A stretch of DNA of 64,000 nt from NCBI RefSeq assembly GCF_009914755.1, contig NC_060937.1; one strand, 5' to 3'. The notes beneath the pieces are model-generated. The model worked only from the letters and a program-made list of their open reading frames with translations. It ran no database searches and was not told where the DNA came from. Made by a program: the position numbers and the translations under genes. Below, piece by piece: positions 12,677 through 26,125 of this stretch. Source of the stretch: the human T2T-CHM13v2.0 reference genome, Homo sapiens. Every line of letters begins with the position of its first letter. Within the stretch, counting starts at the first letter, position 1.

Positions 12677-14329
12677 GCTAAAGACAAACAGTAAAAAACT
12701 TGAATATGTAAATTATTCATTCTGTAGGTCCATTTTCACTCTGTTCTTTGCTTCCTTTGTTGTGCGGAAGCATTTTAGTTTGATTTTAAGTACTAGTTTT
12801 TTCTTGAAAACACACAGAGCCTGTATTATTTATATTTTGTTTTCACTACTAAGTCAATCATTATAAGGCTATCCAAAATGTTAAGAATCACGGCTAAATA
12901 TTGTCTGTCAATTCTAAGACAAAGGGTCATGTCAGGATTAAGAAAATAATGATTATATTGATATAAATTATTAATAGAAAAATAATGATGTGTCATTACT
13001 ATTTTTACTCTTTTGTTTGTGAGTAGATTAATTTTAAATGTAGCTCTAGGAGCTAAAATGCTAATATATTCATTACTTTCCAAGTCTTCAATTAAGCATT
13101 GTATTTGCTAAAGTTTTATGACTTCTGTTGTCTTAATATTGATATGTCAAATTTATCTCAAAGGCTTTTTATATTATATTTTTAAAATATTTCAGATACT
13201 TTTTATTAATATTAGATTTTATTTTAAAACTATTTTCATAAATCCAAATATAATTGATTTAAATAGTAGTAAGATCTTAGTTTTCCATTACCATACAGAG
13301 CTTGTACATAACTGAAAGCAAATTAATTTTTCTCCACAAATTTTGCTGTTAAGAACACATTTTTGTTCTTAACATAGCAAAAGATTTTAACACAGTTTTT
13401 CTTGGAAGAAATTTAGTAAGAGGCAATGCTTCTAGCTTGTGTAAATCTCTAAACTCTATTATGTCTGTGCCCAATTTTGATAAAAATTGAAAGCACTCAA
13501 ATCAAATTTCTAAAATATCTAGAATTTTAAATGAAACTTTAAACAGAGAAAACATTTCAAATAAAAGGTAGATTCCATAACAAAATTGTAATGAGCATTT
13601 AAAGTATCTTCATTTGAATACTGACCATGTTTCAAAGTTTAGGTATTTTTGCTTTGAGCTGTGGAGACACGTTTTTTCTTTAGTAATTTAACTACATTCG
13701 AAGCCACTGTTCTCAGTGATATGAAACAGCAAAAGACAGGAATAATTGTTTTGAAAGTGGATGCAAAAGCACCCCTCCCATAACTTTTACACATAAGAAT
13801 AGACACTTCTCCCTTCTTTGGAATTCTATCTGCTGAATTTTGAACATAGACCTTCTTCTGTGGAGGTAAATGACTTTCTACAAATGGGGAACATTTAATA
13901 ACCTACTCAGTTAATAGCTTACTAGGTTACTCCTGCATTTTTTATGAGAAAATGTTTTACTCATCTATTGCCACTTCTTTTAGTGATCGGTGTGTTTCAG
14001 ATGCCTTTGTCCTTCTCCTGAGACAAAACTCTCTCTACTTTGTTTTCTTTACTCTCATGGCCCTTAGATCGTAACACTGTCTGCTCATCTCTGATTGACA
14101 GACCTCGGAGACTCTGTCAAGGCTGCTGGTCCCCAATGCCATTAAACTGTCATTCATCTTCCCAGCTTCACAACTCTAAAAAGAGTTTTCCATTACTATT
14201 AGCTCACCTGGAGAGTGTGTTCTCTTTCTGTAGTACTTGCGTCTTTTATTCTAAAGGTGGCTTTATCTTTGATATAGTCAAATGTGTTTTAACAAAAATA
14301 ACTTTGAGATATATGTGTGTGTATATGTA

Positions 14330-14990
14330 TATATAAATTGATAAAATTGTATATGTTTGTGGTGTATGACATAATGTTTTGATAAATGTACACATTGTGA
14401 AGTGGCTAAGTTAAGCTAATTAGCTTATTCATTATCTTACCACTTTTGAGATAAAAACACTTAAAATCTACTATCTTAGCAATATTCAGGTATATAATAT
14501 ACTGTTATAAACTACTGTTACCTTATGGGGTACAATAGTTCTCTTGAACTTATTCTTCATGTTTAACCAAAATTTTATATCATTTCATCCACATCTCCCC
14601 AACCTCTCACTTTGGGTTACTGCCATTTTGTTCTTTGTTTCTATAGGTTTAATTTTAAGATTCCACTCCTAAGTCAAATTTTATGATATTTACCTTTCTG
14701 AACCTGGCTTATTTTACTTAATGTCCTCCAGGTTCATCTATATTGTCAATAAAATGACAGGAATTCCTTCTCTATATGGCTGAATAGTATTCCCTTGTGT
14801 ATATGTATATATCATGTTTTCTTTATTTCTTTATCCACTTATGGACATCTAGGTTGATTCATATCTTGGCTATTGTTAACAATGCTGTAGGGAACATAGA
14901 AGTTCAGATATCTCTTTGACATACGTGTTTCATTTCTTTAGGGTATATATATACTCAGTAGTGGATGGTGGATCACATGATAATTCAATA
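14330..14990 (-). mobile_element. L1MA-type 3'-end fragment
   Basis: Antisense L1 3'UTR: AATTGATAAAATTGTATATG...CTCCAGGTTCATC...GGACATCTAGGTTGATTCATATCTTGGCTATTG. Confidence 0.85.
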
Positions 14991-15144
14991 AAGATTTTTG
15001 ATTTAAATTTTTCTTACTGAAATTTACATGTTTTTCAAAGTAAATGTATAACAAATAGCAAGACTGTTAGAGAAATAAGTATCATTATTTAAATAGTTGG
15101 TTTACATTACAATTCCTTATCTTATTTTTTGACATTTTCCAGGA

Positions 15145-15330
15145 GTCTCAGTCCATTAGCGCTGCTCTAACAAAATACTTCAGACTGGGTCATTTACAAA
15201 TAATACAAATTTATTTCTCATAGTTTTTAAGCTGAAAAGTCTAAGGTTCAGGTGCCAGTAGATTCAGTGTCTGGCACAGCCTTGCTCTCCACTTTCAAGA
15301 TGGTGCCTCTTGCTGTGTTCTCACGTGCCA
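15145..15330 (-). mobile_element. MaLR LTR fragment (MLT1A/MST-like)
   Basis: GTCTCAGTCCATT...GCTGCTCTAACAAAATAC..AGACTGGGT...AAATTTATTTCTCATAGTT...CAAGATGGTGCC. Confidence 0.75.
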
Positions 15331-15647
15331 GTGTTTGTTTGTATCTTGATTGTCTAATTATCTGCGCATTTGATGTGGGTAGTTCTGTTTTACGCCTTGT
15401 AAGGATTACTTTTCGATTAGAGTACAATCTCTTATGAAAACTGTGGGTTTGAGCTTTGAACAATAATATGATAGCATCATGGACTGTTCACTTTCTCATT
15501 ATTTAATTTTGCTATAATCAAACTTCTAAAATTTAAAATACTGGCTTCTAATTTTTCATGAGAATTATTCCAAAGCTTGTGAGACTGCATATCCTAAGGA
15601 CTCAGTTGTCAAAATTTCAATAAAGAAGTCATTTAAGGAAGGAGTAT

Positions 15648-15815
15648 CAGGGGTGCTTTGAAATTGTGTGCAGACTAATATGCATACAATCTGGGAGCCC
15701 TGTTAGAAGAAAAAGCACACAAATTTACAAATACAAATTTAGAGCCATGGAAGATACTCATTCAAGTGAGAGTCCATACAGCTTAAAGTTTATTAGCTTC
15801 ATGGTAAGTCCAATT
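15648..15815 (-). mobile_element. MER53-like hAT MITE, possibly beside a MER5-like remnant (15830-15870)
   Basis: AAGAAAAAGCACACAAATTTACAAATACAAATTTAG...GCTTAAAGTTTATTAGCTTCATGGTAAGTCC matches the reverse complement of remembered MER53. Confidence 0.6.
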
Positions 15816-17244
15816 TTACTAAAGAATATATATTTCAAAAAACTTCCCAGGTGATTCAAAGGTGTGAATTCTATAAACCATGCTTTTGAATTTTTTTCTT
15901 CTAACTTCGCATGATCAAGTTCAGATAGTTGCTATAAGTTTTTACACATGTATATGTATACACATGGTTTGGACATGGGAGAAATTATTCAAAAATAGTT
16001 ATTTCTGGATACAAAACTTGACTTCTCACTTTATGTTAAATACTACATCTCCAAATTTAAATAAAGAGCTCCATTAAATGTTATTTCATGGGAATGCCAT
16101 ATGTTTGGTAGGTAATACACATTAATCAATCTATTCATAAATATTTGAAATTATTTTTAAGTAGAACTATTGAAACCTAAGTGAATACATGAATATTAAA
16201 TATATGGCTCCAGATTTGTAAGGCAGACAATTCTGATAAGAGCTTTCTGTCAACATAATTATTTTTCTTTTTTAAGTTTTCTAAATTTAAATTGACAAAT
16301 AAATGAAAGAAGACTTTGTAAGTATTTATTAAGTGAACACTTTCATGTCAAAGTCCACTCTGTCTTATCATCATCAGCCAAAAATTATTGAGAGCTTGAA
16401 AAATATTTTATTTTATAAGTACCAACACTATTTATTAGTCACTGTCATTAAGTTTGTATTTCACACATAAATACATAATTGTGTATATAAATGGCTGCTT
16501 TTTTTCTCTTCCATATATCAGAATAGCATAACTCACTTTCAAGTAAGCATAATCTCACTTTCAGGAGGTACTTCAAAACCTTCATTTGTATTAAACAAAT
16601 AATTCCAAGTGTTCTTGTATACATTTGACCTCCATTTAGCAGTGGGACTCAGCTTTCTCTGAGTTCTCAAGTAACTGCCTTACTTAAGCAAAAGTAAAAT
16701 ATAAAATAGTCTCAATATTAATTGAGACTGTTAATGACTCTTTTTCAAAATATGATGTCTTAATAGAGTGAATATCAATATTTAAACATACAACCTCTTT
16801 ACAGATCAATAATGGTTTGTCCCTTAAATTCTGATACAATTATTTTTTCATTCAATTAGCTAATTGCTTTTATAGATTACATAGACATACATATATGCAT
16901 ATGTATATATATTTTGTCTTTTCATAGTAGTTTTACACTTGGCTTATATGATGTAACTTTAATCACAGGATGAATTCTTAAGTTGAAAGTGATACCAATA
17001 TTGTAAAACAGCTTCAAGCTCCAGAGTTGTGCATTTGAAATATCAAATGTGATTCATAATTTAGTAGACATTGAATTTTTTTACATTTTTCATAAGAAAT
17101 TGAATGAGTTTTCCTAAAAGTAGTACATTGTGGTATGTTGTACAGATGGTATATTATACATTTTGGGAACATTAGTAGATTTTTGTAAAAACTAATTTTT
17201 TTCTACTTAAAGAGAAAAAAGGCAACTTGGGTAATTTCTGATTC

Positions 17245-17460
17245 AAACGAGGTGACATGAAACAGTTTTTTCCTGGCTTCTCCTCACTAACCACCATGAT
17301 CATCCCTGGAAATGGTACAAGAGATAATCAAAAGAGGACTCTGAAATGTGGTAAGAAAAAGGCAAGCTGATTTGGGATCTCAGGACTGGACAAAAAGCAC
17401 AGAGACAGGGCATCTTGGGTCTTACTTCTCAAAGAAGGCAATTTCGATCCTACATTGCAA
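17245..17460 (+). mobile_element. Possible old L1M 5'UTR remnant
   Basis: CCCTGGAAATGGTACAAGAGATAATCAAAAGAGGACTCTGAAATGTGGTAAGAAAAAGGCAAGCTG resembles L1MC/MD 5' ends; weak match. Confidence 0.4.
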
Positions 17461-17467
17461 CAAAATT

Positions 17468-18250
17468 TGTTTAGAAACACATGTATTTAGTCTCTACTCC
17501 CAGTACCTGACACAGAGCTTCTAAATCCCTTGGAATTCAAGGTGATAGGAGTGTCTTGTTTAATGGGGTTTCTCTTGGTGAGCTTATGGACAGTTTTTCA
17601 ATGGAGGCTGGTCAGTAGAATGACCAAGCCATGATTAGAAGCTTGGCACTTTCAGTTACCCCCAGTCCCTATCCAGTGAGGCTGAAGATTGAACTGATTA
17701 TCAATAGTGCATATATGATGAAGCCTGCATGAAGAGCCTAAACTCTGGTGTTCAGACACCTTCCAGATTGGTGAACACATTCATGTGAAGGGAGGGTGGT
17801 GAAACCCAACACCAAGAGACAGAATCTCCTGCACTTGGGATCCTTCTGGACCTTGCCCTACGTACCTCCTCATCTGGCTATTCATTTGTATGCTTTATAA
17901 TATCCTTTATAAGAAACCATTAATAGAAAGTAACTTGTAATCCCTGAATGCTGTGAGCTATTCTAGCAAGCTATAGAACCAAGAAGGAAGTCACGGGATC
18001 TCTCCACTTGTCAGTCTGTCAGAAATACAAGAGGTCTAGACTTGTGATTGGCATTTGAAGTGGGGGTTGTTTTGTATGACTGAGCCCTTAATCTGTGGAT
18101 TCTGTGTTAACTCTGAGTAGTTAGTGTCTCAGTTGAATTAAGCTGTAGAAAATCCAGTTGATGTGTACAGAAAACTGGAACACAGCTTGGTGTGGAAAAC
18201 CTACACATTTGATGTCAGAAGGGTTTCGAGTAGAGAAATGGCTTTTCTCT
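17468..18250 (+). mobile_element. MER21C-like ERVL LTR
   Basis: CCTGACACAGAGCTTCTAAATCCCTTGGAATT..GTGATAGGAGTGTC...GGCTGGTCAGTAGAATGACCAAGCCATGATTAGAAG. It is followed by TAGTGTCAGAGAAGTGAGAT, resembling the ERVL tRNA-Leu primer-binding site (TGGTGTCAGAAGTGGGAT). Confidence 0.8.
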
Positions 18251-19142
18251 TAGTGTCAGAGAAGTGAGATGTGGTAACACAGCCTGTGACATAATTTGTG
18301 AAGAGAAAGAATGAAAAGTTAGAGAGCTGAGGAACTTTGATCTCTGGATGGATACTTAGTCACCTGTGGTATGAAACTGCAGCTGTGCTGTCATGAGTTA
18401 CTAAAGGTAAAAGTTACCACCACGAATTAGAATTGGTGGTAGACCCAATTCTCAAGAAGTCAGCTCATTAGATAACTAAGGAAATGCAAAATAATAAGAA
18501 ACATGCTAAACATACAATCCCTTGGTTATTGTTTTTTGTAATGGCTAAAATGAAAGAAGATGTTGGGTCAGGCCTTGATGCTCAACGGAGCTTAGACTCT
18601 GTTAGTCTGAGCTTCGGCCAATAGCATTAAAGCTGCCTACAAAAGGAGAATTTATGCCATAACAACAGAAAGTACCTCTAAGGCTTCTAGTGATCAAGAA
18701 GATGATCCACATGAAGGGAGGGAAAATCTAAACTAAGAAACTACTGAAACCAGTTAAAAGAGTTGTCCCATATTGTAGGTCAGTATCATCAGCTTCCTGA
18801 AGAACCTTTACTGAAATCGATTTTAAGAGTGACTAATTTGGAAGTAGTGTATTTTATTTCAAATGCTGCAGAGTGGAAGAGCATATCTGGGCTGACACAA
18901 GACCTGCAGTTCGCTAGCATAATTACACATAGCTCTGTGTGATCCAGACACACAGGAAGTTATTCCCAAGGAAACAGCCAAGCCAGCCGAGTGGATCATA
19001 TAAAAGGGACTTCCCAACTTCATCTGTAAATGTCATGTGAGACACTGCAGATAAAGCAGTTAGTATACTTTCTATGCAAGCTAAGTGGGACTGGCTTCAA
19101 AACGGCTGGGATGTTCACCCACTGAATATGCCTGTTCCTCAC

Positions 19143-19222
19143 TGCCTTGCTGCATTTGGGTTGCTGTAACTGAATACCTTAGACTGGGTTGCTTATGGGC
19201 AACTAACATTTACTTCCCAGAG
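19143..19222 (-). mobile_element. Short MaLR (MLT1/MST-like) LTR-end fragment within the ERVL internal region
   Basis: TTTGGGTTGCTGTAACTGAATACCTTAGACTGGGTTGCTTA...AACATTTACTTCCCAGAG. Confidence 0.5.
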
Positions 19223-19574
19223 CCAAATGCACTGTGATTCTGAAAACTGCTAGTGAAGTTTTAATGGTGACTAAGGTTAGATTGGGAAGCTATGGTGATG
19301 CAATGATTAATGAGATTAGAGAAAAAGGTTAGATAAAAATTGTGAGTTTTTGTCACATATCCTTTGCCTGAACGTACTATTGAAATAGATATTATGTTTC
19401 ACTTGGTATTTCTTTTCCCACCTAATACTGTAAAATAGAAAGTGCGAAAATCCTCTCTCAGACTAGTTTTAATTGAATAAGCTATCCGGGAACCAGTAGA
19501 ACTGCCTGAGCCCATAGAAATTGTTAATTTAAAACTATATAGAATACCTAGATACCATTTTAATTAATGATATG

Positions 19575-20374
<800 letters not shown>

Positions 20375-20769
20375 ACATGCTAGAAGCCGAAATGCTGGTA
20401 ACAACACATTTTCTGTATAATAGCCCTTGTATGGCCTATAAAAAAAAATGAATGTCTCATGGAGACTAACAGGCTAGTGAGGCTTAAATTAAGTTGCACC
20501 TGACATAGCCTCATCAGTCCCAGACATGGTTTCCATAATGCAATAACTACAAAATGTTAAAAAAGACTGGTGCTTAGTGACTGATCTCACAAATGCTTTC
20601 TTCTATGTCTCAATCCTTGAAAAGTACCAACAGCAGTTTTATGTGTGACAGAGGCCAATTTACGTTTACTCTACTGCCACAGGGTTTATCTAAACTCACC
20701 AGTTTACTGTCATAATTAGGTCAGAAGAGATTTGGACTTAATGCAGGTGTATCCATGGAGACCCAAACT

Positions 20770-21213
20770 GTTGTGCTGTTGCTTCAAACAACACAAATTT
20801 ATGATTTTACCATTCTGAAAATCTGAATTCCAAAATGTGTCTTACAGGGATAAAAATCGAGTTGTTGGCAGCGCTGAATGCCTTCTGGAAACTCTAGTGC
20901 TTTTTCTAACTTCTAGAGGCTTCCCTCATTCATTGGTTCATGGCCCCATTGCATCTTCAAAGCCAGCAGTCTCATGGTTCAAAACTCTGCTTCCTTCATC
21001 ATAGCTCCTCTGACTCCTCTGACCCCAATTACATCTTCTAAAGACCTTGTGATTATAGTAAACCTATCTGGATAATCCAGGAAAATCACCCTCTTTTAAG
21101 ATATTTAACTCAATTATATTTGCAAAGTCTACTTTTCCAAGAAAGAAAATATAGTCATGATTCAGGAGATTAACATGCAGACTTATCTGGATTCCATTAT
21201 TCTGTCTACCACA
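20770..21213 (-). mobile_element. MLT1 (C/D/E-like) MaLR LTR
   Basis: AAACAACACAAATTTAT...GGCCCCATTGCATCTTCAAAGCCAGCA...CTGGATAATCCAGGA...CCATTATTCTGTCTACCACA. Confidence 0.8.
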
Positions 21214-21224
21214 GGTGACATGCA

Positions 21225-21715
21225 ATGGTGATATAATGTATTAATATTTTTGATATGATGTGATGAGAATGGCATTTTGCCACTATCTTCCTCCCCAAAA
21301 CAAATAACAATGGCCAAATCATGAGAACGAACAAAAGATAAATCCCAAATAAGGACATTTTACAAAATATCTAAGTAGCAGTCCTCAAAAGTTTCAAGGA
21401 TATCACAAATTAGGAACATCTGAGAAATGGTTCAGCTAAGAGGAATCTAAGGAGGCATGATGAGTAAATGTAATCTAGTATACAGTATGCCATCCTAGAA
21501 TAGAGAATGGATATTAGGCAAAAACTAGGAAAATTTTAGGAAGTGTGAAATTTAATAATGTATAAGTATTGGCTTGCTAATTTTGACAAGTATACCATAA
21601 TAATGTTAATCATAGAAGAAACTGTGGCAAACTCTTTGTACTTTGTTGAGTGTGTACAATTTCTTTGTAAACCTAAACTGTTCTAAATTTTAAAAGTTTA
21701 TTTTAAGAAGAAAAG
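21225..21715 (+). mobile_element. L1MC-type 3'-end fragment
   Basis: GATATGATGTGATGAGAATGGCA...AAATCCCAAATAAGGACATTTTACAAAATA...TTCTTTGTAAACCTAAACTGTTCTAAA. Confidence 0.7.
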
Positions 21716-21719
21716 AACA

Positions 21720-23000
21720 AACAACACTATGATAAAAATTAAACAAGTGCCTGGAAATCTCTAGGCCCAGATGGTTTTACTGGAGAATTCCATCAATCAT
21801 TTACATAATTAACATAAACTTTACACATCTTTTTCTCCAAATAAAAGAGGATGAAACACTTTCCTATTCATTTTTTGAGTATTGTGCTGATATCAAAATG
21901 TGATGAGAATATAAAAAATAAAAACGATAGGCTAATATGCTTTATAAAATTATATGCTAAAAACAAACAAAACACTCAACAATATATTGGCAAACAGAAT
22001 CAGAAAACTCATAAAGATTGATCTTTGACAAATATGTCCACCAAATTTGATAAAAGAAGAATAAGCTTCTTAACAAATATTTCTATAACAATTTGATATT
22101 CACATAAAAAAACTTGACATCAATGAAAATTTCACACTTCATATAAAAGATAGCTAAGGATAGATTATGGACTTAAATGTAAAACATAAACTGTAATAAA
22201 AAAAAAACATAGTACAAAATGTTCCATAGGCACAGTGTTCCTAGACTTGGCACTAAAACACAATACATGAATGAAAATCCTGATAATTTGTACCTTATCA
22301 AAATTAAAACAGGATAAAATTGTTTTTTGAATGCCCATGTAAAGCCATTGAAAGATCGGCTACAAACTTGAAGAAAACAGCCTCAAACCACTTATCCAAA
22401 AATGAATGGTATCTAGAATATATGAGGAATTCTTAAATCTCAAAACAACTACAATACATTGAAAATATATTAACAGACATTTCAGTGAATAGGACATACA
22501 GGTAAAAAAATAAGCAATGAGAAAGTAATTAACATCAGCATTAGGTAAAATAAAGGAAAAGCAAAGCGAAATTCACTACCTACCTATTAAGATGAGAAAA
22601 TAAAATATGATGCATATCATATTTAAGTTTTTATTTCTCAATTAAATTAATACATTTTAAAAATTAGTGACAGCAGCAAATTCAAGGCAAGAAGGGAGAA
22701 GCTGGATCTCTAATACTTTACTGGTGGAAATGTAAAATGGTACAGACACTCTGAGAAACAATTTGGCAATTTCTTATCAGAATAAACATGCAATTACCAT
22801 ATGACCCAGAAATTGCACCCTTAGGCATCTATCCCAGAGAAATAAACAAACACAATGTTCATGGCAGCTGTATTTATAATAGCAAAGAATTGGAATCAGT
22901 TCAGATGTCCTTCAACAGGTGACATGATTAAGCCATCTTTGTTACATATATATTATGAAATACTAAACAATAACAAGGAGCACAGGAACACATGCAGAGA
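21720..23000 (+). mobile_element. Old L1M ORF2/3' remnant
   Basis: CTAGGCCCAGATGGTTTTACTGGAGAATTC, GGTGGAAATGTAAAATGGTACAG, TACCATATGACCCAGAAATTGCAC and AATGTTCATGGCAGC are L1 ORF2 landmarks. Confidence 0.8.
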
Positions 23001-23696
23001 TCTAAATATATATTTGTATTTGTGCATTATATATGTAATTTAACTTTGCCAATAAATTAAATTTATAATAAAAATAAAAATATAATAAAAATAGTTGAGA
23101 AAGAAAAGTAAGTGACATGCAATTAGTATAAAAAGTTAAATGTGATCTAATGGAAAAATGGCTTCAACTAGATTAATCACAAAAGTCATTATAATAGAAT
23201 TAGGTGTTGAGATAGGACTTAAAAAATGGAAACAAAAATCAGAGAACAGACATTGAGTCTTAATGAATTTGTTTTCCCAGGATCACTTTGCCCAGTAATT
23301 GAAGGCTTACAATTTTCTCCTTTTTTAATTGAAATCTGTATTAAAAATAATCTGAAAAGTCATATTCTGAATGGTATAGAGGAAAGTAACTGTAGCTGAT
23401 GCATCCATGAAAGACTACATTACAAATCTTTACGGCCAATAGCAATGATTGTGCACCTACTCTGGATCAGACATTGGTCCTGCTTTTAGGGACAGGAAAT
23501 AAATGTGATGATATATCTCTGCTATCATAATTTTACAGATGAGATTAAAAGATATGTACTGCAATATACAAATTGCAAGACAAAGCGGCTATGACCTATG
23601 TTCCTGAACAAAGACGTAAAATAATACACCACAATTAGATTTCTAACAATTAACCCTCTGTATTGGATGACAAAATAAATTAGAATATTGTGGATT

Positions 23697-24143
23697 TCTC
23701 TCTCTCTCTCTCTCTCTCTGAATCTCTCTCTCTGTCTCAGTGTGTATATATATGCACATAGATATACATATCTCTGTGTGTATAATATATGTATGTATAT
23801 TATACACACACAGAGAGAGTACATATATACGTCTCTCTCTTTTTGTATATATATACATATATTCACATCTGTCTCTGAGTGTGTATACTATATACATATA
23901 CACATACTAAGAGAGATGTAAATATATGTATATATACATACATATACACTGTGTACAAACATATATATACACTGAGTATATACACAGTGTATATATACAG
24001 ATAGAGACATACAGATGTATCTCTCTTAGTATATATATATGTACAATGAATGTGTGTGTATATATGTGTGTTATGTGTGTATGTGTGTATGTATATGTGT
24101 GTATGTATATATGTATACCAGTTTTACCCCTATATATATATAT
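23697..24143. repeat. Compound (CT)n/(TA)n/(CA/TG)n low-complexity tract with nested inverted repeats
   Basis: Seen directly; see the finding on its palindromes. Confidence 0.92.
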
Positions 24144-24810
24144 CCATTCTTTAAAGTTTATTTTTCTATTTCATCATTATGCAAGTGTTCTCCCTCATCC
24201 AAACTAAACCCAATTCTTAACACTTTAGGTGTTCCAAAGTCCTGAACTTCACTGATGTCCCTTTTTCCTGGTTTTCCAATTTCTTTTGATAAGTTTGTCC
24301 TTACCAGTGTCATTTGAACACATGATAAACATAGTAACTTTGTCTTTATCCCTTCTTACCCTGTAGTTAATTATCTTTCTTTCTACCCATTCATCACCAT
24401 TCTTTGTGAACTTTTATTCCACTTTGGGCCCATTACAAAATTTATTGAAACATGGCTTTGACCCTTACAATTCCATTCAATCAATTCTGCTAAAATTATT
24501 AATAACTTTAAAAATAATCAGGTTTCACCAATCAATTTTCTTGTACTCAGCTGTTTTTGACATGGTTGAATCTGTATGAAGCATTATTTTGCATAGGTAA
24601 TTCTCCTACTTTGGGGTCACTCATCTTCCATTTTTTGTAGCTGTGCTTTTTTTATAATACCTTAAATATTTTTTCTACCATATCTACATTTGAATAAATA
24701 GCCCCCACCATCATCCCATCAGTAGCAGAAGCCAAATTGGCTTTACTGACGAGACCAACCTAACTGGTATCTGTTTATGTGTCTATCTGTTCATCTAGCT
24801 ATCTATCCAA

Positions 24811-24811
<1 letters not shown>

Positions 24812-24841
<30 letters not shown>

Positions 24842-24880
24842 CACACATGCACACGCACACACACACACAGAGATGGGGTG

Positions 24881-24915
<35 letters not shown>
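24812..24915. repeat. (CA)n followed by (GA)n microsatellites
   Basis: Seen directly. Confidence 0.93.
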
Positions 24916-24916
<1 letters not shown>

Positions 24917-25059
24917 TCTCCCTTACAGAGAAAAGAAAACAATTTAATATATGCCGATTTCAGAAAACAATATGAATCCAAAATACGTTTGTGCTGGTTA
25001 ATTACCAACCATAAGAAAAATTATTCTGATTTATTGGGTTTATCTTCTTTAGGTTGTGG

Positions 25060-25640
25060 TTTGAGACTGCAGCTGAGCCTTTGGAGCTAAAATTGCAGAC
25101 ATTTTTCTATGATTTCTGTAATCACCTTGGGAAAGAGAAACAAGTGGGAAGCGATATTACTTGGCTGGAAATGAAATTGAGAGAAGGAAAAACTTCGAAA
25201 GATCTGAATCTGGATACACTTGGGGATTTTGTGGTTAGAATTTTGCCTGTTGGTTAGGATCTCACCTGCTTGTTTGATTCTCCTTAAGATGAAAAAGAGT
25301 GTTGCCTCCAAAGCTGAGATAGAGCAAGGGACTGACAAGCACTGAGAATGTGATGTGTCAGAGGCCATGCAAACTGCAATAGTAGACATGCCTGAAAAAA
25401 CACTTCACGTCTTTCCACCCAGGATGGTGTTAAATTAAAAAGCCAAGTTTTCTGCACCCAAAAAAGGCACAGGGATTGGCAAACAAACAAAAAACTGTCC
25501 AGCAGGTCTGAGGGATCTCATACTCATCACAGAGAAAGTGGTGTAATTCTCCAGCTTTCGGATAGAAAAACTCTAGATCTTGTGATTGTATGATATATGC
25601 AGGGCTCAGACAGAGGGGGTACTATGTCAGAGAAACCAAC
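25060..25640 (+). mobile_element. Possible ancient MaLR internal remnant
   Basis: Purine-rich, GC-richer than its flanks, ending in the polypurine-tract-like CAGAGGGGGTACTATGTCAG; family not securely recognised. Confidence 0.3.
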
Positions 25641-26009
25641 GCATACGTAAAGTCAGTATGGGACCAAACATCTTCTATCATTTTTTCATTACAAAAAAGC
25701 CAACTAGGCATCTCCTGAACATAGAGACAGACCAGTAAGATGGAAGAGGAGAGAAACACACACTATTTGAACTGATTTCAAACATGACATTACTGCAAAA
25801 ATACACAGCTTGACAGAATGTACAACTTGGAAGTGCATAGATGAACATTTCTGTCATCATTTTGGAGTTACTGGTATCCTTGATAAGAATATATTTAATA
25901 GGACTGCATCCAGACTGCAGTGGTCTAAAGATTGAAGAGCTCATGTAGAAAGGGATCAGGTCTTAGTTAATTTCACTGAATTGTTTCTATTAAAGCCAGA
26001 CCCTGTCCT

Positions 26010-26125
26010 GGGGTAGAAGTGTTATTATTCCATTTCTAAAGGTGAAAAAATGTAATTTTACTGAATTTAACCAGTCTTTAATCATGCAGTTATTAGTTGA
26101 TGATGTCACAATTTGAACTTCTAAT
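26010..26125 (-). mobile_element. MIR remnant
   Basis: TTATTATTCCATTTCTAAAGGTGAAAAAA...CATGCAGTTATTAGTTG...ATTTGAAC resembles the MIR core. Confidence 0.45.
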
